DNA of 64,000 bases. It comes from an uncultured bacterium. GTDB taxonomy: Bacteria; Chloroflexota; UBA5177; JANWHV01. Positions 21,001 through 28,106 of the stretch are shown here, piece by piece. Location of the stretch: contig CAVSOU010000010.1 in the NCBI GenBank assembly GCA_963729625.1, positions 384,001 through 448,000 of the forward strand, read 5' to 3'. The translations under genes were made by a program, and so were the position numbers. Position 1 is the first letter of the stretch. The number at the start of each line of letters is the position of its first letter. The notes beneath the pieces were generated by a model. The model ran no database searches. It had not been told where the DNA came from and saw nothing but the letters and a program-made list of their open reading frames with translations.

Positions 21001-21451
21001 AGGCGATCGTTCCCGGCCGACTCGCTTCCAGAGGCTGATATGGAATCTGAGGCGCTGGGAGTGCAAGGTGCGGGCCTAACAAGACGCCCGGCGCTGTGCT
21101 TCGGTCGGCTGTTTCCGTCGCGGTCGGAGACGCTTCCGCGGCAATTGCGAGTTCCTGCTCGAAGTCGCCAAACAGCTGTGCTTGGCGCGTCAGAGAGGGC
21201 TGCAAAGCCCCAAGTACATCGCGCGCGACAGCAGCGCCGACAATGCCGTCCGCGACGTTGAGGTCAGACAGAGTCGACGTACGTTGGCTAACAAGGTCGG
21301 TGAGCTGTGAGGCGAGTGCGTCGAAACTCGACGGCACCGCGCTCGCCGGATATGGCGCAATCGACTGGCAAATCAGCGCGCACACGAGCGCCAGAACCGA
21401 GATAGCAGGGGGACGCGCGGAACCTCGTGACGCACAGGTCAGTATCACCAT
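18065..21451 (-). CDS. Large secreted protein with Thr/Pro-rich linker and C-terminal M23 peptidase domain
   Basis: Signal-like N-terminus, HTGLD, YGN, YGH and TGPHVHFE (HxxxD/HxH). Confidence 0.88.
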   Translation of the reverse strand: MVILTCASRGSARPPAISVLALVCALICQSIAPYPASAVPSSFDALASQLTDLVSQRTSTLSDLNVADGIVGAAVARDVLGALQPSLTRQAQLFGDFEQELAIAAEASPTATETADRSTAPGVLLGPHLALPAPQIPYQPLEASRPGTIAWRESLLEASSLRIAPPSRAEAAAAHSATAVGTVGALSILPGGAAPPPAFAKLGAAADFGPPRQIELEGLTVPISAVAPQVVPAPDGDEAITTTVPPAQHPAHGPVVIDAIVHVSLALPALVNKIAVPPRLSSVNVLASQPITGMSSMLATLGSYALPASGTGAVGTPTAASSSLAGLLSVTWTYTQTAPMSGGTTLLTVGTASSYGGSQQGGKLSAYQVLASPPVAPITASATLALAANGDGTFELVVPISTTTTLTAQATVRGLLGDSTIRDGLQREHGLLTRLGDILQRGNAVYSAIKPLYDSRLAVYNTALSAAVSRNSIIEQAWWDRTAAWTTYQGKLTAWKARKSAWDYFVKHGVAPPTVTATGTAVSGQTRTGVQRPTSTATMRATPESFHPVPTADIVHRVRLTPAPASSAEPSRSATMIPLAYDPISPPVSGHGPYRAEYVSMEGAGGRLDPDPSVLVTLDQPGQVNGDATPVQGTVTSTPTSPYAPALSPTQPTPWSTNDVPPVTEESNSPTVSMTPVTATPAITPVPTTTSEPAQDPTTGDVPQDSPTTVQTPPDATSMPDPDPYPTDSPSVTAVLPVDGSSSDTATAVGEPAPSATDTPDSTFTPTATDTASSTATQTATTIYTATLAATASGTALVVATATSTPLPSATATSTPLPSATATSTPLPSATAASTPLPSATATSTPLPSATASNTPTPIALASDTATQSATDSPTAPATASATSTASATVTPTLPRPTSTRAAPTSTPPVPTPGKRPLAVPAPGPEPATEPLPLPLPPLPGWVTLPISFSTAPASFMLDNDLAANGYGKFTQQQLIDAGVMENVTGYLPPVTGVITTLFGGVTPFQSYHTGLDIAAPDGTPVHAAAGGIVVHAGLAVPGQPTQSYGNCVVIMHNSHTVTIYGHMQLGAHDLQVRVGEVVSQGQILGYEGATGWATGPHVHFEMRINNVAFDPLLLVNESQVTGSGVPG
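18901..19055. repeat. Intragenic 30-bp tandem repeat x5 (ATSTPLPSAT)
   Basis: TGGCACTGGGCA(G/A)TGGCGTGCTGG(T/C)GGCCG read directly five times. Confidence 0.95.
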
Positions 21452-21529
21452 GGGTAACCGGCCCAGTCATGCACGCGACGCGAACTCACAACGAGTGGAA
21501 TCAGACCGAACAATGACGTCCGAGTCAAT

Positions 21530-22255
21530 CTAGCCAACGCGGAATGCAGTCTGTCCTTCCAGGCGCTTGTTTCTATAGAATAGCACTCGGTAGTTGCCTG
21601 AGGGCAAGGGCTTCGCGCCGTGTTGGTAGTCAGCCCATGCCTTGAACGATTGAACAGGAAGGTATGTATGTTTTCCCATGGTGTGACCCGCAACGACGGT
21701 GATGTCGTCATGGGGAAGGGTGACACCGTTGCGTTGGAACACAAACCTCAGAACATCAGTTGCATGAACATTCTTGATCTTTGCAACCACCCAAAGTCGC
21801 AGTGCTGGTGAAACAAAGCGATTGGACTTTTCGACTGGAGTCTCTCCCTTGACACTGCGCGCGATGACAAGACTGACCGCACTTGTAGCCGTTGGTCTCG
21901 GTGTGGTTCTCTTGATAACAGGGGTTGACGTCGGCACTGCGGTCAGGGTTGGCTGCGCAGAGCCTACCGCCATCATGGACCCAATTCCTGCCTGGGTGGC
22001 CGTCGGCAACGGTACGGAAGCTAGTATTCTATGGTGAGTCGGCTCGGGAGATCGAGTTGCGGTCACGGGCGCCTTCGCGACAGGCGATGCAGCGCTACCA
22101 TGACTTGTCAGAAGGAGCAGGTGCGCCACGAGCCAGCACAGAGCGATAAGCAGAGCAAGACAACCGGTTGCAAACACGAAGAACGGAACGTAGGATTTCA
22201 AGGGAGGCCGCCGGCGTCGCCGCCTGGCGGACTGCTCTAGCGCACTGTCCACCAA
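21530..22255 (-). CDS. Hypothetical membrane-anchored protein
   Basis: Basic N-terminus, one TM, Pro/Thr linker, beta-rich C-terminal domain (LPSGNYRVLFY); GGAGG upstream. Confidence 0.75.
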   Translation of the reverse strand: MVDSALEQSARRRRRRPPLKSYVPFFVFATGCLALLIALCWLVAHLLLLTSHGSAASPVAKAPVTATRSPEPTHHRILASVPLPTATQAGIGSMMAVGSAQPTLTAVPTSTPVIKRTTPRPTATSAVSLVIARSVKGETPVEKSNRFVSPALRLWVVAKIKNVHATDVLRFVFQRNGVTLPHDDITVVAGHTMGKHTYLPVQSFKAWADYQHGAKPLPSGNYRVLFYRNKRLEGQTAFRVG

Positions 22256-22602
22256 CTGTGAGACCCTCCATCCTTACTCGTATCATGAACGGCGGTGATA
22301 CCGTTCATGGCTTGGATCCAACACAGCGCACGGGCCCAAATCGTGTTACAGCACATTTCCATCGCAATTGCAGTCGAGCTGTCTGCCAAACATCTACTTG
22401 AGCAGCGAACACAAAGCCGGCCGGGATAATAACTGCCCACTCGTTCGACCCGCAGCTCTTTGATGCACGTTTCGAGCTCAAGGTGCAGTGCGCCATACTG
22501 CCCGAGTTTACCGCATTCGAATCCCGGAGCCACGACCAAGGTGGATAACATGCACTGTGGAGACCTATCGGCGCCAGGCAATACGCTCGGCGCAAGGAGG
22601 AC

Positions 22603-23508
22603 ATGGGTCGCATGGTTGTAGCGATGGCGGTTGACAAGCGAAACACGAAGCTGGTGGCAGGGACACTTGCTCTCGTTGCTGGCGTCGTATGCCTCCGGTA
22701 CCTGTCTCAATGGAGGAACTCCACGTGGCAGCCCTGGGCAACGGCAGCTGCAGCCGTCGCCTGCATCATTTTTGGTGTCGCTATTATCCGAACGTTTGTC
22801 GCCGTGATTGCCGAGCGCTCAGTAGACTACCTTGGCGTGGCGCGCGTGCAGTCCGCGCGCTCGGTTGTAAGCGGGCTGCTGTACCTCGTTCTGGGCCTGA
22901 CCGTAGCAGTGCAGGCCGAAATAGACCTGAGTGGTATCGCATTGAGCGGGGCGGTTACCGGGGTGATCATTGGCGTTGCCGCGCAGGCATCGATCGCGAA
23001 CGTCGTGGCCGGCATTGTCATTCTCTTCGCGCGTCCGTTCCGGCCGGGCCAGTACGTGACGGTGCGTGCGTTAGCCTTCGCCGGAAACGAGTACAGCGGT
23101 GTGGTAGGCGAGATAACGCTGTTCTACACGACCCTGTTGTACGTGGAACGCGAGATCAGGGTGCCGAACAGCGCGATGGTTACGAGCGTGGTAACGTTGC
23201 GGCCACAGCTCCTTGACGTGTATGTGCCGGTAATTGTGCCTGCCGGTCAGTGGGGTGACATGTCGACGGCCGACGTCACGACCGCGCTTGAGGCTAGCGT
23301 TCCGGCCGGCAGCGCAGTGCTGGTGCAGGTGGAGAGAATCGAAGCAGGCAATGTGCAGGTCGGCGTGCGCGCATCGGTGGCCAGCGCCGAAGAGCGAGCC
23401 AAGTTGGAGCAGGCGGTCGTCGACGCGACACGCGGCCGTATGTCTCAGCCCGTCGCCGCGCCGGAGGGTGCTCCGCTAGAGCGCACCGGCCCTTCAGAGC
23501 CGCAATAG
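22603..23508 (+). CDS. Small-conductance mechanosensitive channel family protein
   Basis: IIGVAAQASIANVVAGIVILFARPFRPGQYV and IRVPNS; AAGGAGG upstream. Confidence 0.92.
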   Translation: MGRMVVAMAVDKRNTKLVAGTLALVAGVVCLRYLSQWRNSTWQPWATAAAAVACIIFGVAIIRTFVAVIAERSVDYLGVARVQSARSVVSGLLYLVLGLTVAVQAEIDLSGIALSGAVTGVIIGVAAQASIANVVAGIVILFARPFRPGQYVTVRALAFAGNEYSGVVGEITLFYTTLLYVEREIRVPNSAMVTSVVTLRPQLLDVYVPVIVPAGQWGDMSTADVTTALEASVPAGSAVLVQVERIEAGNVQVGVRASVASAEERAKLEQAVVDATRGRMSQPVAAPEGAPLERTGPSEPQ

Positions 23509-23513
23509 CGCGG

Positions 23514-23543
23514 TTGCAGCGGTTCCAAACGCAATGCTATACT
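23514..23543 (+). promoter_or_regulatory. Promoter of the tRNA pair
   Basis: TTGCAG-N18-TATACT with extended TGn, 11 nt before tRNA-Arg. Confidence 0.6.
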
Positions 23544-23554
23544 CCTGAAAGCAG

Positions 23555-23628
23555 GCGCTCGTAGCTCATCAGGACAGAGCAGGGACCTTCTAAGTCCAAG
23601 GTTGTGGGTTCGAATCCCACCGAGCGCA
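23555..23628 (+). tRNA. tRNA-Arg (UCU)
   Basis: Acceptor GCGCTCG/CGAGCGC, D stem GCTC/GAGC, anticodon loop CT-TCT-AA, T arm GTGGG-TTCGAAT-CCCAC. No encoded CCA. Confidence 0.96.
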
Positions 23629-23639
23629 CTTCGCATTAT

Positions 23640-23713
23640 GGTGACCGTAGCTCAATTGGCAGAGCACTGGATTGTGGCTCCAGTGGTTGTGGGTTCAAGC
23701 CCCATCGGTCACC
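23640..23713 (+). tRNA. tRNA-His (GUG)
   Basis: G-1, acceptor GTGACCG/CGGTCAC, C73, anticodon arm CTGGA-TT-GTG-GC-TCCAG, T arm GTGGG-TTCAAGC-CCCAT. Confidence 0.97.
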
Positions 23714-25290
23714 CTTTGTATACATAGGCCTTCCTCGGGCAATATAGGCCATAAATCCTCCTTAAGGTGCACGATCATTCGGGTCGGCTCGTCGAGGTCG
23801 CAGTACAGGGCTTCCACGGCATCGGTGGCGATTTCGCGGCGTTCCTCAGTCGTGGCGCGCTGCCACATGGCCTGCAGGTTGGCCAGGAAGGTCGTCGCCT
23901 TTTCGACGTCGCCGCGCTCTGACTCGGTTGCCAGGGAGGCGCGCTCGTCTTCCAGCCTTGCCCGCTCGGTGCGGTACTCTGTGGCGTCCAGCACGCCGTC
24001 AATCACCAGGCCCTTGAGACGGGCAAGCTTGCGGTCGATTGCGGCCCGCTCTGCCGCCAGCACCGCCGCTCGATCCACCCTGCGGGTAAGGTCCAGCTCC
24101 GCTTGCCGGCGCCAGTCCTCGGGCAAGTGCAAGGCGCTGATCGCCTCGCCCAGAGCCGTGTCTACCAGGGCAGCGTCAACAGACTTCTTGACCGCGGCAC
24201 ACGAACCGCCGCGGTTGGCCACGTTACAGCGGTAGTGTGCCTTGCGGTTCTTCGCCGCTTGGCCACAGAGCCGATGGCCACAGACACGACAGCGAGCAAT
24301 GCCGCGCGCCAGACACGGCGCATGCGGGCTCGTGGTCACCGGCCCGCGACGCCCGGCTCCGCGCTCGTTCACACCCGCGCGCGATCGTCGCACCACCTGT
24401 ACATGCTCGAAGAAGTCAGGGTCAATGATCGCTTCGTGCAAGCCGCGTACCCACTGGCCTTCGCGGAGGCGAACGGCCCAGTTGCCACCTTCGGCCAGTG
24501 GTTGCACGACCAGCCCTGTGTAGAAGCGATTTGTCAGCAGGTGCCGCATGCTGTCCTTGTTGAAGCGGCCGGCATCGCCCTGACGTTTGCTCCGCATCTG
24601 GTAGCCGCGATCGTTCAGCATGCGGGCGATTTGGGCGTCTCCCCACTGCCCGGAGGCGCACAACTCAAAGGCAGCTTTGACAGCCGCCGCTTCCTCGGGC
24701 ACAACCAGAGCGACGGCCTTGTTGTTGGCGTGCGGCACATCTGCCACCTTGGACAGCAAATAGCCGAAGGGGAGATCGCCGTTCGGCAAGCCGGCCGCGG
24801 CCCGTGCCCGTTTGCCCTTAGCGGTTTCTTCGCTCAGATTGTCGAGATAGATTTCTGCCAGGGCTGCCATAACCGCCAGCACGATCTTCCCGCTCACTGG
24901 GTTGGTAGTGTCGATGGGTTGCTGTGTACACACAAGCCCGGCGCCCATGTCCTCAAGTTCGCGAACGTAGGTGAACGTTTTCGCCATGTCACGGAAGAAC
25001 CGATCCAGCTTGTGTACTACAAGCACGTTGGCTCTGCCCTCGCGAATCAGACTCATGGCGCGCTCCAGGCCGGGCCGTTCGCCGGTGGCACCGCTGATCG
25101 CCTCGTCGGTACATATCTCGTCCAGCGCCGTCCAGCCCATTCGCTCACAGTAGGCGCGCAAGTCGGATACTTGCGCGTCAATGCTCCAGCCATCCGCCTG
25201 CAGGGTGCTGGAGTACCGCGCATAGAGCACGGCTCGTCGCGCCACAGTCGGCATGTAGGTGATGCGTCTTCGCCTTGCTGCCATCGTCAT
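23695..25290 (-). CDS. Large serine recombinase (resolvase + recombinase + zinc ribbon/coiled coil)
   Basis: YARYSS catalytic motif, DEAISG, RPGL, KLDRFFR, PFGY, NRFYTG, HEAII, CRVCG...YRC. Start overlaps the upstream HTH stop (ATGA); the stop lies inside tRNA-His. Confidence 0.95.
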   Translation of the reverse strand: MTMAARRRRITYMPTVARRAVLYARYSSTLQADGWSIDAQVSDLRAYCERMGWTALDEICTDEAISGATGERPGLERAMSLIREGRANVLVVHKLDRFFRDMAKTFTYVRELEDMGAGLVCTQQPIDTTNPVSGKIVLAVMAALAEIYLDNLSEETAKGKRARAAAGLPNGDLPFGYLLSKVADVPHANNKAVALVVPEEAAAVKAAFELCASGQWGDAQIARMLNDRGYQMRSKRQGDAGRFNKDSMRHLLTNRFYTGLVVQPLAEGGNWAVRLREGQWVRGLHEAIIDPDFFEHVQVVRRSRAGVNERGAGRRGPVTTSPHAPCLARGIARCRVCGHRLCGQAAKNRKAHYRCNVANRGGSCAAVKKSVDAALVDTALGEAISALHLPEDWRRQAELDLTRRVDRAAVLAAERAAIDRKLARLKGLVIDGVLDATEYRTERARLEDERASLATESERGDVEKATTFLANLQAMWQRATTEERREIATDAVEALYCDLDEPTRMIVHLKEDLWPILPEEGLCIQRVTDGA

Positions 25291-25523
25291 TCCCCCTTCG
25301 GCGCCTGATAGTCCGTCGGCAATGGCGCGATCACGCCGCGGCTCCGGTGCATCAGATAGCGGTGCAGCTTGCGGCGGGTGGTGAACCAATCGCGCGCCGG
25401 GCGCGTAGCCGCAAGCCGGCCCTGCCGCGCCGCGACTTTCAGCGTGTCCGCGGTCAATCCTGCCAACTCGGCCGCTCGCTTCAAAGTAATCAGTTCGTTC
25501 GGTCCCTCGAGCCGCCTGTTCAT
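25287..25523 (-). CDS. Excisionase-like (MerR/HTH_17-type) helix-turn-helix protein
   Basis: LITLKRAAELAGLTADTLKVAARQGRLAATRPARDWFTT; GGAGGA SD before ATG 25523. Confidence 0.85.
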   Translation of the reverse strand: MNRRLEGPNELITLKRAAELAGLTADTLKVAARQGRLAATRPARDWFTTRRKLHRYLMHRSRGVIAPLPTDYQAPKGE

Positions 25524-25594
25524 GCTTTCCTCCGGCCGGGTTAGCTGCCGGCCCTGCAGCCTGTCTGGCGCTCCCGATTGCTCACTCTGCACTC

Positions 25595-25623
25595 ATTATA
25601 ATCCTCTAAAGGGGTAATAACAA
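25595..25623 (-). promoter_or_regulatory. Near-consensus sigma70 promoter for the HTH-recombinase operon
   Basis: Minus strand TTGTTA-N17-TATAAT in a locally AT-rich patch. Confidence 0.7.
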
Positions 25624-26210
25624 TAGGCTAGAACGGTTAAGTATCGGACGATTAACTAGACTTAGGCGCGCTATTCCAGACACTCTCGCGGGCCAATGGC
25701 CGGCGCCAGAATGCCCCGGAAGGCCCCTAGAATGGACCAGGACGAACGATAGCCGGGCTCTCGGGTATATTGCGCGGCAACACTCAGAGCTATTGCGTTC
25801 TGGAGGGAATCAGACTAGGCTGGTGCCGAAGGAGTGAGCCCACGCTACCTGAAGGATTTTCTGGCGGTCGGGATCTGATTTCATTGCGTAGGCATGCATC
25901 AACTTCCCCTGCACCTGCGTGCCTTACTAGCTGATCATGCCGGTATCGAGGCGAAGATCGAGGTTCCAGTCGACTGGACGGATCCGGTACTCGACGTAGC
26001 TGAATCGACGCCGGGACTGAGGCGACACGTACCTGTCACGAGGGAGTAACACCGATGAATAGCGCTGCCAGTATCTGGCTACTCGCGAGGCACATACGAG
26101 TACTCCCTGCTGGCGCCAGACGCTTCTGGCCGCCCCATAGGAGCGTGGTGCCCTCCGCTCTCCCTATCCTTGTACACACAATGACGCGGTGAGGAGGGAA
26201 GGTTGTAAGA

Positions 26211-26855
26211 ATGGATGGCCTCCAAGAAGGCTGGGATGATTGTCAGGTCTGTGGCAAGGAGACTATCTTTCGCCGACATGGCATTGACCCCTGGTTCTGC
26301 ACCATATGTGGCACTCGTGATCCCGAGAATACATTCAGGGCCGTGCGCTCTTTCGACAGCTTGGCGTTAGGAGTGCCGGCTCCCGATCCTTTCCCTCCGC
26401 GGCCGCGCAAGGCACGTGCATTTTTCATCGCACCTGTCTTGGCGGTTGCGGTGCTCGGTGCTGTCGCTGGCTGGCTTGTCATGAACCGCGCAACTGGGCC
26501 GAACGTCCCCGGAGTTGGTGCCGGCGTGCATGTTTGCACAGTCTCGCACTACGTCGAGAGCGGCGTCTACTGCCAGCAGGCCGATCCAATCGTCAGCCTT
26601 GACGATGGGTACGTATCGTTTACAGGTCCGCATGGCAACAACTTCCCAGCGACCACCCTGCAATTCGTGCTCCGAAAGGCGAACGCTGATGGCACCGAAC
26701 AGACGGTTGGTCAGACCCGTTCAACAGTGTCGCTCGCGACCAATATCATGGCGATGGACCTCAAATCACTGTTTAGCAACTTCAATGTGACGCCCACACA
26801 AGGTGCTTCCTTTGGCCTCGAGGTCGACAGCCAGGCCATGATCTGCTCCTTATAG
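26211..26855 (+). CDS. Zn-ribbon + TM + beta-domain protein, C-terminus truncated by the IS21 remnant
   Basis: CQVC...CTIC, a hydrophobic segment, GAGGAGG upstream. The last residues (QAMICSL) are antisense IS sequence. Confidence 0.7.
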   Translation: MDGLQEGWDDCQVCGKETIFRRHGIDPWFCTICGTRDPENTFRAVRSFDSLALGVPAPDPFPPRPRKARAFFIAPVLAVAVLGAVAGWLVMNRATGPNVPGVGAGVHVCTVSHYVESGVYCQQADPIVSLDDGYVSFTGPHGNNFPATTLQFVLRKANADGTEQTVGQTRSTVSLATNIMAMDLKSLFSNFNVTPTQGASFGLEVDSQAMICSL

Positions 26856-27133
26856 GGATCCAGCTTCGACCGCCGCCGCGGCCGTGCTGCTGGGGACGGC
26901 GCACCACGCAGGTACTTGCGTACCGTGTTGCGCGAATGTTGGAGTTCCCTGGCAATCGCCCGGATCGGTTTCCCTTCCGTGGCCAGTCCCAGTATCTTGT
27001 TCACGGTCCCACTCCTTAGCAAGATTCCATCACCCTTCTCACCTGGTTCTTTGTGGAGATAAGGGTCATGGTTGGTTCAGGGGTGGGTCAACTCTTTCGG
27101 CGATCCAGGGTCAAGTCTACGCCGGCGCGGGCA
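26828..27133 (-). mobile_element. istA: IS21-family remnant: left end plus first ~65 codons of IstA
   Basis: End begins TG with two CGCCG...TTGACCC subrepeats (27080-27133). MLRSG...IRAIARELQHSRNTVRKYLR...RRSKLDPYKEQI is the IstA HTH. No DDE domain, istB or right end. Confidence 0.88.
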
Positions 27134-27680
27134 GTGTCGAACGTCACACCGAAGTACGGCGAACCGACGGCCTCGACCATCCAGAGCATCTCGTCGGATG
27201 TGTAGTCGCCATGATTCTCGGCAGCCAACCGTATGTCATAGCGCCGCGCCACCTCTACGGCTTCCCCGTACCAGCGGGCCAGTACCTCGAGCCGGGGCCG
27301 GCGGGGCACCGCGCGAAAGTCGCTAGGCCCAGGACCAGGCGTCACGCGCATGACCCGGGCCCCGATCAGCGCGGCATTGCCTATCTGCCGCACCATGTCG
27401 TCGAATGCCTCGCGGTTCGTGCCGTCTTCCAAGCCGAAGGGATGGCCCCAGGCATAGACGCGGTCCAGGCCGTAGCCGTCGAGCTTGGCGCCCAGTGCCT
27501 GCAACCATGAGGCCTCCATGGTGGGCAAGAAGCACGACTCCAGTGACACCCCGTCGACGGCCAGCTCCTCGGCAAAGGCGAGAAAATCATCGAGCGTCAT
27601 GAGCGTGGCGGGTGGCGTCGTTCCCTCGTAGACCTCACCAAAAACCGATGGAAGCAATAGCTGTCGATACCGATTCTCAT
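27134..27680 (-). pseudogene. Sugar phosphate isomerase/epimerase (xylose isomerase-like TIM barrel), cut by IS21 and frameshifted
   Basis: AAGGAG then MRIGIDSYCFHRF(F)GEVY, which needs T6 where T5 is seen (27640-27644). LAAENHGD and GVTFDT motifs, then the IS end. Confidence 0.85.
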
Positions 27681-27917
27681 ACTACTCTCCTTCGCTGATA
27701 GCTGCTCCGCCTGATGCTTCGCGCCCAAGTTCGCGGTACTGGGACGCAGGATTAGTTCGGCGTCTGGACCTTTGCGCAGCCTGACGGTGTATACAGCGTG
27801 TGTTCCCCGCCGTCCTCGGCGTACCGCAGGTGATCAACCCGGATGGCGTCTTCGGTTGGCAACGACACTTCGGCCGGTACCGCAGGCACATACACGACGC
27901 TCCCCGCACCCATGAGG

Positions 27918-27943
27918 ATTAGTGTGTCACATTAGTGTGTCAC
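27918..27943. repeat. Perfect 13-bp tandem duplication ATTAGTGTGTCAC x2
   Basis: Read directly. Confidence 0.9.
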
Positions 27944-28106
27944 GATGCAGGCTTTGGGCTGGCGAGCTAGCCAGGGTGGACAGCAGCGCTCTCCAGTCTG
28001 GTCCGCAGCACTGGCTGTGGCGAGAAGAGGCAACAGCCGACGGATCCGGCAGAAGGTGCGGTTGTGCAGGTCGCATAAGCGTGTGCTTTCGTCCAGGTGG
28101 AGGGGT

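Larger units (their letters stand above)
23695..25623 (-). mobile_element. Integration module of an element inserted at tRNA-His (distal boundary not found)
   Basis: Recombinase abutting and overlapping the tRNA 3' end, excisionase-like gene, AT-rich promoter, then accessory and fragmented genes. Confidence 0.75.

Noticed and set aside
23445-23636. 63-aa minus-strand ORF
   Set aside because: Antisense to tRNA-Arg.
25894-26049. 51-aa ORF MHQLPLHLRALLADHAG in the island
   Set aside because: No clear SD or recognisable motif; may be a fragment but cannot be supported.
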